Origin: Polyangiaceae bacterium
GTDB lineage: Bacteria > Myxococcota_A > Polyangia > Polyangiales > Polyangiaceae
Direction: 5' to 3'
Length of the DNA stretch: 64,000 nucleotides
NCBI GenBank assembly: GCA_033763455.1
Contig: JANRKO010000028.1
Span: 1 to 64,000, forward strand
The notes below the pieces were generated by a model, which was given only the letters and a program-made list of their open reading frames with translations, did no database searches and was not told the DNA's origin. The first letter of the stretch is position 1, and each line of letters opens with the position of its first letter. Positions 1 through 9,644 of this stretch are shown here, one piece after another. A program made the position numbers and the translations under genes.

Positions 1-178
1 GGCACACGTGTCTCGAAAATTCTCCCTTTGACGACATAAGCACTGTCTCGAGACCACTCAAGCTAACCTCGCAGTCCCATCACACCCAGCAACCGCTCCC
101 CAGATCGCGATTTGCAGCATTTCTGGATGAGAACTAATTAAGAACGATGACCCAGACGAGGCCTACAGTCGCGGGCTC

Positions 179-3100
179 TTGGGCGCACCACGAACTGAAG
201 CCGATGAGCGTCTAGAGCTGCCCAAAGTTTCTGCCGCGGACGTTAGCCTGTTTGCGAACGCGTACGCTACGGAGACGGACCCGAGCGCAGATCGGCGTTG
301 GACACCTGTGGACTTGCCTGGTTTGGTCGAGTCAGCCGATCTGATCATCCGTACGGATGCCTTCCTCAAGGGTCTAGACAACAGTGCCGGCTGCTCCGCA
401 AACTTGCCAATGACGATAACTGTGCGGGGGACAGCTCAATCGGGAGACGCCGTGCCGGCTCAGTGTGACATTGATGTCTGCCCTGCGCTGAAGGACATTT
501 TCGTTCCCGCGGGCACGAAAGAAATCGTGCTCACAACGCCGTTGCGAACCAATGTTGAGCTGGAGATTTCGGCTCCAGGCTTCGGGCCGGCACGCCAAGT
601 GATTGCGGCGAGGCTTGAGCCCGGTCAGGACCATGTCGTCTTGTTGAATCCGGCCTGCGCTATCACACAAAGCGACTTAGGGGCTCTCGCAGCGCCTTTG
701 CTAGGGCAGCGCGCCTGCGGCTGCTACGACCCTACCCGGGACCTCCCATCCGGCCCGCCACCGGGTTCCATTCCAACGGGCATAGGTGGTACCGCGAGCG
801 CCAGCGGCGGAGCCACGAGTTTGAGCTCCGGTGGAGGCAGCAACCTCGGCGGCAGCGTGGCCAGCGGCGGCACGGCGCAGCCCTCTGAGCCGTGTGACCC
901 CAACGATCCCAATTGCTGCAGCCCCACGGAGCCCAACTGTGGTGTTATCCCGCCGTTGGAGCCAGGCTCGGGCGGCAGCACTTCGCAAGGATCCGGCGGA
1001 GGCCCAGGTGGTCTTTCGCCTACCGAATGTCCATGCACGCTCGGGGTCGATTGTCCAAAATTCAAGCCTTGCGATGACCCCGAAGGGGGCTCTGGCGGTT
1101 CGAATGGAGGAAGTGACCCCGATGGTGGCACTGAAGGCAACGGTACCGGTGGAGGAACCGGTGACCCAGGCAATCCGGGAGGTGGAGGCGATCCGGGAGG
1201 TGGAGGCGATCCGGGAGGCGGAGGTAATCCGGGAGGTGGAGGCGATCCCGGAGGTGGTGGTCCTACTGGTCCAGGCGCCGGAAGCAACGGCGATCCGCAC
1301 CTCCGCACTTGGGATGGCCTCGCGTACGACTTCCAAGCGACAGGCGAGTTCATTTTGGCAACGGATGGTCAAGGATTTGAAGTGCAGGTACGGCAAGAAC
1401 CCTGGTTCAGTCCCTCCGTTTCCATCAATAGCGCCGTGGCGGTGCGTGTTGGCAGCACTCGCGTGGCATTCTACATAAAACCTGAGTTTGCGGTGCGAGT
1501 TGATGGAGCTCAGGTCTCGCTCGGGCCCGGGGGATCCTTGTCGCTCGCCTCTGGCGGGGTGCTACGGAACCTTGCCGGTGGGTACACGGTTACCTGGCCT
1601 GACGGGAGACGCCTGGTATTGACTCCGACGCCAAGCTATTTGGGAGTTGACTTGCGTTTGCCAGAAGGCATCAGTGCTAATCTCTCTGGGCTGCTCGGAA
1701 ACCTCGATGGTGCTCCAGACAACGATTTGCGTGTGCGTGGAGGGATCCAGCTTACAGTTCCCGTCGATCGGGACCAACTTTACACAGCGTTTGCAAATAG
1801 CTGGAGGGTGAGCCCTACGGATACCTTGTTTGACTACCTTCCTGGAGCGGGCGTGGGCACTTTCGATACCCATGTCGGAACGCCATCGCCAGTTACCGCT
1901 TCGAGCTTACCAACGGAAGTCTATGCGACGGCATTCAACCTCTGCGCTCGCGCCGGAGTGGTGGGCCAACGGAACCTGGAAGACTGTATTCTCGACGTCG
2001 GGATCACCGGCGATCCCCAGGTCGCTACCGTTGCCGCCACAACCGCTCCCCGAGACGAAGTAAAGCTCAGCGATCCCAACGGGGCGAGCGTTGTTGCCAT
2101 CAATTCCAGCGACCCCTTTTCAACGCTTCTGCCTGCAATCTCCGGCACTGGTGAGGTGCGGGTGAAGGGGCTCTACTCGGACGTTGGTGCCAACCTGTCG
2201 TTCAACGGCCTCGCCGCGCACAGCCTTGTCACGTTGAGCTTCGATACACACATGGTGGGCCCCTGGGCGGGCCAAGAGTGGAAAGTGGACCGCGTTCAAA
2301 CCACGACGTTCTCTAACGGCGCAGCGAGCCAGGCGTTTCCCAGCGCCCTCGGTTTTGGTGCGAATCCGGCGGGGACGGGAGCCACGCACAGAGACGTGCT
2401 CCCGGACGGACGACCGCGATCCGTATACCATCACTCTTACACATTTCGTCATTCGGGCTCAAGCCTTGGCGTTTTCCTTTACGGCGTTAACCTCCCGTCT
2501 GATGTGGTCTGGGGTGTCTCCGGGATCGAGGTCAACGTAGGTCAAATCGAACCTCCTCCCGAACCCATCGGCGGGCCCGCGCAAACGTGCAAGGAGATAT
2601 TCGATAGGGGCGGAGTGTCGGACGACGGCCTTTATCGGATAGCTGGAACCTCGATGTCGCTGCCGGTATTTTGCGACATGAAGAGCGATGGCGGTGGTTG
2701 GACCATGCTTTATAAATACACCTCACTTTCCTCGGGAACCGATGCCTACACCTTGTGGAGCGATGTGCCGAGGACTCAACTAGATCTCTCCCTCCTGAGT
2801 CGATTCCCCACGTCGCTCCAGAAGGGATACTCCAACGAGCTTATCAGCTCAGGATGGGAGAGATTCAAAGAAGCCCGTGTCGAGGTGATTGAGGGCGGGT
2901 TTGCTTCGACTCGAATCGTAAAATCGATGCGTTTTCGGACGCAAGGCTTCACGAATCTCACCTGGTTCAGCACTGGTGGCTACGTGGATGGTGGCTGGAG
3001 CGACTTACCACGGTCAGCCCAAGCTCTGGGATCTGGAATTTTTACTCTGTTTCCCGACTCTGGGTACCCTTGGAGCATCCTAAAGACAGCGTCGCCTCAG

Positions 3101-3334
3101 CCGTTTTTTGGAGCTGCCGGTAGTGGTTGTAGCAACCTAACGGGCTGGCTGACCATACCGAACAGGGTTTGTTCTGGCTTCTGGACCTCGCCGACCTTTC
3201 CGGGGGGCCGCCCTAGTGTGTCGCGAGCGTTTGAGGCCGGCCGAATCTACTACTCCGCTTTGGACACAGTTGCTCAAGTCTTCGACGAAGCTCAGTTCAA
3301 GACGGCAGATGTCTTGGCGGTGTTCGCGCGTTGA
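179..3334 (+). CDS. Large Gly/Cys-rich extracellular-type protein with von Willebrand factor D (VWD) domain and C-terminal fibrinogen-like domain; 5' end uncertain
   Basis: GDPHLRTWDGLAYDFQATGEF...GLLGN (VWD signature); TCKEI...DGLYRI...VFCDMKSDGGGWT (fibrinogen C-terminal-like start); Gly/Pro linker. Starts at TTG with no signal peptide. Confidence 0.75.
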   Translation: MGAPRTEADERLELPKVSAADVSLFANAYATETDPSADRRWTPVDLPGLVESADLIIRTDAFLKGLDNSAGCSANLPMTITVRGTAQSGDAVPAQCDIDVCPALKDIFVPAGTKEIVLTTPLRTNVELEISAPGFGPARQVIAARLEPGQDHVVLLNPACAITQSDLGALAAPLLGQRACGCYDPTRDLPSGPPPGSIPTGIGGTASASGGATSLSSGGGSNLGGSVASGGTAQPSEPCDPNDPNCCSPTEPNCGVIPPLEPGSGGSTSQGSGGGPGGLSPTECPCTLGVDCPKFKPCDDPEGGSGGSNGGSDPDGGTEGNGTGGGTGDPGNPGGGGDPGGGGDPGGGGNPGGGGDPGGGGPTGPGAGSNGDPHLRTWDGLAYDFQATGEFILATDGQGFEVQVRQEPWFSPSVSINSAVAVRVGSTRVAFYIKPEFAVRVDGAQVSLGPGGSLSLASGGVLRNLAGGYTVTWPDGRRLVLTPTPSYLGVDLRLPEGISANLSGLLGNLDGAPDNDLRVRGGIQLTVPVDRDQLYTAFANSWRVSPTDTLFDYLPGAGVGTFDTHVGTPSPVTASSLPTEVYATAFNLCARAGVVGQRNLEDCILDVGITGDPQVATVAATTAPRDEVKLSDPNGASVVAINSSDPFSTLLPAISGTGEVRVKGLYSDVGANLSFNGLAAHSLVTLSFDTHMVGPWAGQEWKVDRVQTTTFSNGAASQAFPSALGFGANPAGTGATHRDVLPDGRPRSVYHHSYTFRHSGSSLGVFLYGVNLPSDVVWGVSGIEVNVGQIEPPPEPIGGPAQTCKEIFDRGGVSDDGLYRIAGTSMSLPVFCDMKSDGGGWTMLYKYTSLSSGTDAYTLWSDVPRTQLDLSLLSRFPTSLQKGYSNELISSGWERFKEARVEVIEGGFASTRIVKSMRFRTQGFTNLTWFSTGGYVDGGWSDLPRSAQALGSGIFTLFPDSGYPWSILKTASPQPFFGAAGSGCSNLTGWLTIPNRVCSGFWTSPTFPGGRPSVSRAFEAGRIYYSALDTVAQVFDEAQFKTADVLAVFAR
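1172..1261 (+). repeat. Five tandem 18-bp coding repeats encoding (D/N)PGGGG
   Basis: Units like gatccgggaggtggaggc at 1172, 1190, 1208, 1226 and 1244. Confidence 0.9.
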
Positions 3335-3391
3335 CACTGCGCCAAGGCCTAGTTTTCCGATCGGGAGGGCCGAGCCGTCGCTCGTGGCGCG

Positions 3392-4606
3392 CTACGGTTC
3401 CCGATAAAACCTGGGAACGCGTCGCGAAACGTTGGTGAGCACTTCCCACGGGATGGAGCCCATGTGGTGAGCCACTTCTGCCGCGGTGATCGTATCTTCC
3501 CCGAGCACGCCCTTCTGTGCTCCGAGCGCCACGCATTCATCGCGTAGGCTCACGCCCTCGATATCCGTAACGTCGAGCATGGTCATATCCATGCTCACCA
3601 CACCCACGACGGGTGCGCGGCGGCCTCGAATCAGCATGTGCCCGCGGTTTGAAAGCGCGCGGCTGAGGCCATCGGCGTAGCCGAGCGGTACGGTGGCGAT
3701 CGTGCTCGGGCGCTGGGCCTTCCAGGTGGCACCATAACCGACGCTTTGCCCTTGGCGAAGCTGGCGGAGCGCTACTACTTCGGTGCGAACGCGCATGGCA
3801 GGGCGCAGTTGCGCTTCGGCTTCGAGCCCAGGCGCGACACCAAACAGGGCAATTCCCGGGCGAACCATATCTAGGGCTGCATCTTTCTGACGAAAGAGCG
3901 CGGCGCTATTGGCGGCGTGGCGCACACTTGGAGTGTGCCCGGCATGGCGCAATGTGGCCTCAGCTTCAGCAAACAACCCAAGCTGATCCAAGATGGCATC
4001 TTTAGGCCCGGCATCTGCACAGGCAAAGTGCGTCATTAACCCGGAGACGCGCACTTCCGGGCAACGCGCCAGCGTTTGCACCACGCTGTGGAGCTCTTCC
4101 AAACGAACGCCCAGCCGCGCCATGCCGGTGTCGATTTTCAGGTGAACCTCCATCGACTCGGCATCGCCAAAACGCACTTCTTCTGCCAGTTCCGAAATCT
4201 GCTCAATATCGTGGATTACTGGCGTTAACCTGTAGCGCGATACTTCTGCCCAAGCCCGACCGTAATAGCCACCCATCACTACGATGGGGATACGGATCCC
4301 CGCTTCGCGAAGCTCGATGGCCTCTTCGAGCAGAGCCACACAGATGCCGTCGATCTTGGCTCGCTCAAGCGTGCGGGCCACTGCTTTGGCTCCGTGCCCG
4401 TAACCATCTGCCTTCAGGACGCCAAAGACTTGCGCTTCTCCGGCTTGGCGTTGGACCACGCGCAAGTTGTGGCGCAAGGCTTCCAGGTTGATCTCAGCGC
4501 GCGTCGGCCGCACCACGTCCGATGGGGCCGCGCGGCTCGGGCGGAAAATACGGGGTGCGGTAGGGGTCAAGGAGGCCTCGGCGCTCTGTTCTTGCGGAGA
4601 ATCCAT
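3392..4606 (-). CDS. alr: Alanine racemase
   Basis: VLKADGYGHG PLP-lysine motif, HLKIDTGMARLG, MTHFACAD, GYADG, VSMD. Confidence 0.97.
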   Translation of the reverse strand: MDSPQEQSAEASLTPTAPRIFRPSRAAPSDVVRPTRAEINLEALRHNLRVVQRQAGEAQVFGVLKADGYGHGAKAVARTLERAKIDGICVALLEEAIELREAGIRIPIVVMGGYYGRAWAEVSRYRLTPVIHDIEQISELAEEVRFGDAESMEVHLKIDTGMARLGVRLEELHSVVQTLARCPEVRVSGLMTHFACADAGPKDAILDQLGLFAEAEATLRHAGHTPSVRHAANSAALFRQKDAALDMVRPGIALFGVAPGLEAEAQLRPAMRVRTEVVALRQLRQGQSVGYGATWKAQRPSTIATVPLGYADGLSRALSNRGHMLIRGRRAPVVGVVSMDMTMLDVTDIEGVSLRDECVALGAQKGVLGEDTITAAEVAHHMGSIPWEVLTNVSRRVPRFYREP

Positions 4607-4664
4607 AGTTTCCTACTGGATCGGTACAGCCTGGGGGGCGAAGCGGCCAACAAATGAGGGGCCG

Positions 4665-5252
4665 TTATTCGTAGCAACGCACCATGCAGCGCTTGTAGTC
4701 CGGCTCGCAACCAGAACAAGCATCTGGGGCACCACCAACTGCACTGGCCCCGGCAGCTGGAGCCCCGTCGTTGGCTTGGCAAGGTTCGCGGCAGTCCTCA
4801 AATGAGCTCTTACAGAGCTGTGCACAGTCATCCGAGGTAGTGCGGGGTCTAGGGCCCGCATCGGGGGAAGAGTAGGTACGTGTGGCGATGGGGGGGGGAG
4901 GGGCCGAGGAGCTAGCAGGGACCGAAAGGTAGAACTGGCGCTCCTTCGGGTTATGCCTAGGGGTTAGCTTCAGCTCGGGACGATCAGGATCCCCTGCAGC
5001 CAAACTTCGGGCGCGGCGGCGGGCGTATTCAATCCGATCGCGGGATTGACCATACGTGTACTGGCTCGTCCACTCTTGCCAACACGCTCGGCGATGCGGC
5101 GACGCTGTTTCGTTGTTGAGATCTAACCTGTAGCAGTGTTCAAAACGCAACGTGCCTTCCCGGACGGCTTGGACACTTGGCCCGCAGCCGCTTGCCAGGG
5201 CCCAGACGCTTAGGCCAAGCGCACTGCTCGTGAGGCGGGTGGGTCTAAGCAT
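4665..5252 (-). CDS. Hypothetical Cys-rich lipoprotein
   Basis: Hydrophobic N-terminus ending in LASGC; C-terminal CxxxC motifs; start moved to ATG 5252, preceded by GGAGAG. Confidence 0.6.
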   Translation of the reverse strand: MLRPTRLTSSALGLSVWALASGCGPSVQAVREGTLRFEHCYRLDLNNETASPHRRACWQEWTSQYTYGQSRDRIEYARRRARSLAAGDPDRPELKLTPRHNPKERQFYLSVPASSSAPPPPIATRTYSSPDAGPRPRTTSDDCAQLCKSSFEDCREPCQANDGAPAAGASAVGGAPDACSGCEPDYKRCMVRCYE

Positions 5253-5360
5253 GGCTCTCCCTACGAATATCACGGCACGCGCGAACTGTCGCGTTTTGCT
5301 CTGAGTTAATGGCTCCGGGTCCGTTGCGCACATGCATCCGGGCCACTAGCCTCGCGCAAA

Positions 5361-5963
5361 GTGTTCACCGGACTCGTTGAAAGCCTTGGAAGCGTGCAAG
5401 AGATCGTGCGCTCGGCGGTCGGAGCACGCCTGCTGGTTGGGAGCTCTATCGGTGGGCTACAAATTGGGGATTCGATTGCCGTAAGTGGCACCTGCCTCAC
5501 CGTGGTGACCCGAGATTTTGAAGGATTCTCGGCTGATGTTTCGGTTGAGACTCTAGAACGAACCACGCTCGGGGGGCTCTGTAAGGGAGACGCCGTAAAC
5601 CTAGAGCGTGCAGCAACGCTAGGGTCTCCGCTTGGCGGCCACCTGGTTACTGGCCACGTGGATGGAGTGGCGCGGGTTGTTCGGGTTCACGCTGTTGGGG
5701 ATTCGAGGCGAATGAGCTTCGAAGTTCCGAGCGGCCTCGGGCGTTATATTGCAGAGAAAGGTTCGGCCTGTGTTGACGGAGTTTCGCTCACCGTGAACGC
5801 CGTTACAGCGACGACCTTTGAAGTCATGCTTATCCCCCACACACTGTTGGTGACCACGCTCGGTAAGCTTACCGTGGGCAGCAGTGTCAACCTTGAGATC
5901 GACCTTCTGGCCCGCTATGTGGCGCGCTGGCTTGAGTTTCAGAACGGCCCACCTACGACATGA
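5361..5963 (+). CDS. ribE: Riboflavin synthase (alpha chain)
   Basis: MFTGLVE N-terminus, [24 protein letters not shown], internal two-fold repeat. Confidence 0.97.
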   Translation: MFTGLVESLGSVQEIVRSAVGARLLVGSSIGGLQIGDSIAVSGTCLTVVTRDFEGFSADVSVETLERTTLGGLCKGDAVNLERAATLGSPLGGHLVTGHVDGVARVVRVHAVGDSRRMSFEVPSGLGRYIAEKGSACVDGVSLTVNAVTATTFEVMLIPHTLLVTTLGKLTVGSSVNLEIDLLARYVARWLEFQNGPPTT

Positions 5964-7165
5964 CAGCACTGCTACACCGCCCCGAACTCACGCCTCTTGC
6001 AATGGAGCGTGTTAAGACTGCCATTGAAGACATTCGCGCCGGCAAAATGGTGATCCTTGTGGACGACGAGGATCGCGAAAATGAGGGTGATTTGTGTATG
6101 GCGGGGGATGCTGTCACGCCTGAAGCCATCAACTTCATGGCCACCCATGGGCGTGGGCTCATCTGCGTGACGCTGAACGAAGCTCAAGTTAAGCGGCTGG
6201 AGTTGCCCATGATGCAGGCACCGGGGCGCATGGGGGCGCGGCTTGGTACGGCGTTCACCATGAGCGTGGAAGCACGCGAAGGCGTGACTACGGGCATTAG
6301 CGCGCAAGATAGAGCTCGCACCATCAAGGTAGCGATTGATCCGCGCTCGGCCCCAGATGATTTGGTGGTGCCTGGGCACGTTTTTCCGCTTCAGGCGCGC
6401 GAAGGTGGCGTGTTGGTACGCGCCGGGCAAACGGAGGGATCTGTCGATCTCGCTCGTTTAGCAGGGCATACCCCGGCCGGCGTTATCTGCGAGATCATCA
6501 ACGACGACGGCTCGATGGCGCGCATGGCCGATCTAGAGTCCTTCTCCCAGAAGCACGGCTTGCACATCATCGCCATTGCCGATCTCATCTCGTACCGCTT
6601 GCAGACGGAGCTATTGGTGGAGCGCGTGCAAGAAGGGGAGCTCACACTTGACCAGACTGGCACCACCTGGAAGGTGATTGTTTACCGCTCCGTCATCGAG
6701 CGCCAAGAATTCCTCGCTTTGGTAAAAGGGGATGTGAGCCGAAGTGGCCCCACGCTCTGCCGTATGCACAGCGGCGCCATGTTGGCCGATATCTTTAGTT
6801 CCACCTCCAGCGAGGGCGGGCGCAATCTCACCGAAGCCATTTTGGCGATCGAACGAGCCGGGTGCGGAGTTGTTGTTTACTTGCCACCGCGCGGCGATTT
6901 GGGCAATGAGCTGGGCCAGCTGGTACGGCGTGATTCAAAAGCTGGGTGGCCAAAACCTACAGCGGTGGAACCAGGCCTTTCCGATGTGAACCAGCCTCAG
7001 GCAAGCTCACCACTGCGTGAATACGGCTTAGGAGCTCAGATTTTGCGTGAGCTCGGCCTTACGGAAATTCGGCTGCTCACCAATAGTCCGCGCAAGATTG
7101 CGGGCCTCCACGGCTATGGTCTTGAGGTTGTTGAAAGTGTGCCGTTAATCAGTATGCGCGGCTGA
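5960..7165 (+). CDS. ribB: 3,4-dihydroxy-2-butanone-4-phosphate synthase fused to a degenerate GTP cyclohydrolase II-like domain (RibBX-type)
   Basis: [29 protein letters not shown] intact; C-domain keeps RMHS and LLTNSPRK but lacks the Zn-binding cysteines; ATGA overlap with ribE. Confidence 0.92.
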   Translation: MTALLHRPELTPLAMERVKTAIEDIRAGKMVILVDDEDRENEGDLCMAGDAVTPEAINFMATHGRGLICVTLNEAQVKRLELPMMQAPGRMGARLGTAFTMSVEAREGVTTGISAQDRARTIKVAIDPRSAPDDLVVPGHVFPLQAREGGVLVRAGQTEGSVDLARLAGHTPAGVICEIINDDGSMARMADLESFSQKHGLHIIAIADLISYRLQTELLVERVQEGELTLDQTGTTWKVIVYRSVIERQEFLALVKGDVSRSGPTLCRMHSGAMLADIFSSTSSEGGRNLTEAILAIERAGCGVVVYLPPRGDLGNELGQLVRRDSKAGWPKPTAVEPGLSDVNQPQASSPLREYGLGAQILRELGLTEIRLLTNSPRKIAGLHGYGLEVVESVPLISMRG

Positions 7166-7369
7166 GTATCGCTTCGGGCCTGGAGCGCGCGCTTCCTAAA
7201 TTCTGGCTAGCTCGCAATTTTCCTGTTTTAAGGATTGGCGATTGCGCGGTTCCGGCGGTGGCGGGGGCGGCGGGTAAGTGCCTGTGAGCCGTCTTTTGCC
7301 AATGGCGACACCAAGTCAGCCACAGGAGCCGGCTTCGGTTCTCACTTTAGGAATCATTCGGAGGCAATC

Positions 7370-8203
7370 ATGAAATTCGTCGCATTGGGTGCGCTAGGCG
7401 CAGCGGTTTTGTTCGGTTTTGCGGGTTGTGGCGGAAGCGACATTCCGGGTGATTTGCTCGGGAGCGCTGGTACGGCCTCGGGCGTCGGCGGTTCTACGAA
7501 TGTCAACGGAAATAAGGCTTCGGGTGGCACCCCTGCTGCCATGAATACAGGCGGCACAGCCAACGGCGTTGGCACCGGTGGCACTCCTGGTAATCCACCT
7601 CCGGACCCGGCAACCGGCGGCACACCGAATACCCCCGCAGCAGGCGGCCAGGCGAACGGCGCCACCGGTGGCGCCGGACCCGCGGACCCCAACAACCCGG
7701 CGACGTGCCCTGCTACTCAACCAGCAGCGATGACAGCGTGCACACCTGACGGAGGTACTGGGGGCATGGCCGCGGGTGGCAGAGGTGGACTGGATCAACC
7801 TCAGCTCTGTGGATACGGAGCAACGAACTGCGTGTGCAGCACTCGCAGCAATACCTGGTTCTGCTTCGGCGGTGACATGATGATGATGAATCGGTGCCCC
7901 CGCACGCCTCCGCAGAACGGTGGCACATGCATGGGGACCTCCACCTGCCCGTTAGCGGTTCCGGGCAACAACCAAAGTTGCGTCTGCACCAACGGAGCCT
8001 GGGTTTGCACCGCAAGTGCAGATTGCCCGGCTACGGCCCCCGCTAACATGGCTACCTGCACCGCTGTGGGCGCCCGTTGCGCTTACGCGGGCGCTGCCAA
8101 CAACACGGGCGGCGCAGCTGGCGCTCCCCAGCAAGGCAACGGCAACGTTACTTGCAGCTGCCAAACCCGAAACGGACAAACGACCTGGCGTTGCGGTAAC
8201 TAA
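7370..8203 (+). CDS. Gly-rich lipoprotein with three 6-Cys modules (paralog 1)
   Basis: GGAGG before ATG 7370; MKFVALGALGAAVLFGFAGC lipobox; C-terminal half closely similar to 8470..9396. Confidence 0.8.
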   Translation: MKFVALGALGAAVLFGFAGCGGSDIPGDLLGSAGTASGVGGSTNVNGNKASGGTPAAMNTGGTANGVGTGGTPGNPPPDPATGGTPNTPAAGGQANGATGGAGPADPNNPATCPATQPAAMTACTPDGGTGGMAAGGRGGLDQPQLCGYGATNCVCSTRSNTWFCFGGDMMMMNRCPRTPPQNGGTCMGTSTCPLAVPGNNQSCVCTNGAWVCTASADCPATAPANMATCTAVGARCAYAGAANNTGGAAGAPQQGNGNVTCSCQTRNGQTTWRCGN

Positions 8204-8225
8204 ACCGAAACCCCCCAACTCTTAA

Positions 8226-8274
8226 CCTGCAGGATCGCTCCCTTGTTACTCCTCCGGAGGGGCGGTCCTGCAGG
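8226..8274 (+). terminator. GC-rich stem-loop after lipoprotein paralog 1 (terminator or mRNA stabiliser)
   Basis: cctgcaggatcgctcc ... ggggcggtcctgcagg inverted repeat with G-U pairs; no clear U tract. Confidence 0.4.
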
Positions 8275-8469
8275 GGGCATTTGCCTCGGAGTGTTGATTC
8301 CGCAGGCGCACGATGACGGTGAAAACGCTTTGCGATTGGCGAAAGACCGTGGTGTGCAAGTTTTGGTTGTACTTCTTAGAGAGTAGGCGTCTCGCCACAC
8401 CTGGCCGCACGCATATCTTTTTGATTTTTGCACTAGTCTCAGATTAACGATTAGGGTAGCAAGGCTTTC

Positions 8470-9396
8470 ATGAAGTTTGTTGGATGGACTGCGCTTGGCG
8501 CTGCAGTGTTGATGGGGTTCTCGGCTTGCGGAGGCACAGATGCCGTGTCCGGGCCTTCGGGTAGCGGGGGTGGGCCAGATGTTAACGGCGCAGTGACTAC
8601 CGGCGGCTCTGCTACTTTTGGAGGCTTGAGCAGTGCAGCGGGCGGAACCTCAAACGCGGGTGGTGCGCAATCGGCAGGCGGAAGTCTCGCGGTGACGGGT
8701 GGGGCGGCGAATGCTGCGGGCGGGGATATGTCGGCCGCGGGCGGGCTCGTCGGCTCGGGCGGCGCGGAGAGCACAGGTGGGGCAGCGACGGCCATTGGCG
8801 GTAGTTCGGCTGCCGGGGCAGCGACGGGTGGCGTCAATAATAGCAGCGGCGGAGCGGCGGGGAGTCTTGGCACTGGTGGGTCTACAGCTAATCCGAACAA
8901 CCCAGCGTCTTGTCCGGCAACCGAGCCGGTAGCAGCGGCCGCGTGTAATCCAGCGGTGGGTGCGGGCGGTGCAGGCACGGGGGGTGTGGGTGGTGGGAAC
9001 CAACCAGCCCTTTGTGGATACGGCGCAACGAACTGCGTCTGCAGCCCTCGGAGCAACACGTGGGCGTGCTTTGGCGGCGGTAACAATATGAACCAATGCC
9101 CACGCACGCCTCCGCAGGATGGAGGCACATGCATGGGGACGTCTACGTGTCCTGCGGCTGCACCCGGCAACAACCAAAGTTGCGCTTGCACCAACGGAGC
9201 CTGGGCCTGCACCCCGAACGCTGATTGCCCCGGCACAGCCCCCGCCAACCTGGCTACCTGCACTGCTGTAGGTGCGCGTTGCGCGTACGTGGGCGTGGCG
9301 AACAACGCGGGCGGTGCGGCTGGCGCACCAGCCGTGAACGTCAACTGCAGCTGCCAAACCCGGGGCGGGCAAACCACCTGGCGCTGCGGTAATTGA
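8470..9396 (+). CDS. Gly-rich lipoprotein with three 6-Cys modules (paralog 2)
   Basis: MKFVGWTALGAAVLMGFSAC lipobox; shares CGYGATNCVC, CPRTPPQ, GNNQSC and TTWRCGN with paralog 1. Confidence 0.8.
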   Translation: MKFVGWTALGAAVLMGFSACGGTDAVSGPSGSGGGPDVNGAVTTGGSATFGGLSSAAGGTSNAGGAQSAGGSLAVTGGAANAAGGDMSAAGGLVGSGGAESTGGAATAIGGSSAAGAATGGVNNSSGGAAGSLGTGGSTANPNNPASCPATEPVAAAACNPAVGAGGAGTGGVGGGNQPALCGYGATNCVCSPRSNTWACFGGGNNMNQCPRTPPQDGGTCMGTSTCPAAAPGNNQSCACTNGAWACTPNADCPGTAPANLATCTAVGARCAYVGVANNAGGAAGAPAVNVNCSCQTRGGQTTWRCGN

Positions 9397-9644
9397 GAGC
9401 AAGAGCGGGCAGCGTGTTGGAGATGGGGCGACCCGTCGGCGACCTCCATCCTCAGCGCGCTTTGTGAACCGAACCACGCCGGGTCGTCAAACACCGGCGG
9501 CTTGGTGTCCGTGGCTACCCCAAAATCCGCTGAGAATTCAGGGCATCAGCTAGTCGGACCCAAGGGACTCCTGTACAAGGGGGCCGCGCCTCCGTAGGAG
9601 GTTCTCCTCTTTTTCGCGGTTTTCCTCAAACTCTCCCGGATTCA

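Noticed and set aside
4890..4898. G9 tract as a phase-variation switch
   Set aside because: It encodes a poly-Pro stretch in an intact frame; no evidence of slippage
5253..5360. FMN riboswitch upstream of ribE
   Set aside because: The spacer is about 108 bp, shared with a divergent gene, and lacks RFN conserved motifs
8451..9494. Long antisense or alternate-frame ORFs (for example 8451..9494 -, 35475..36272 -, 38630..39397 -)
   Set aside because: Shadows of GC-rich or repetitive genes on the opposite strand; no motifs of their own
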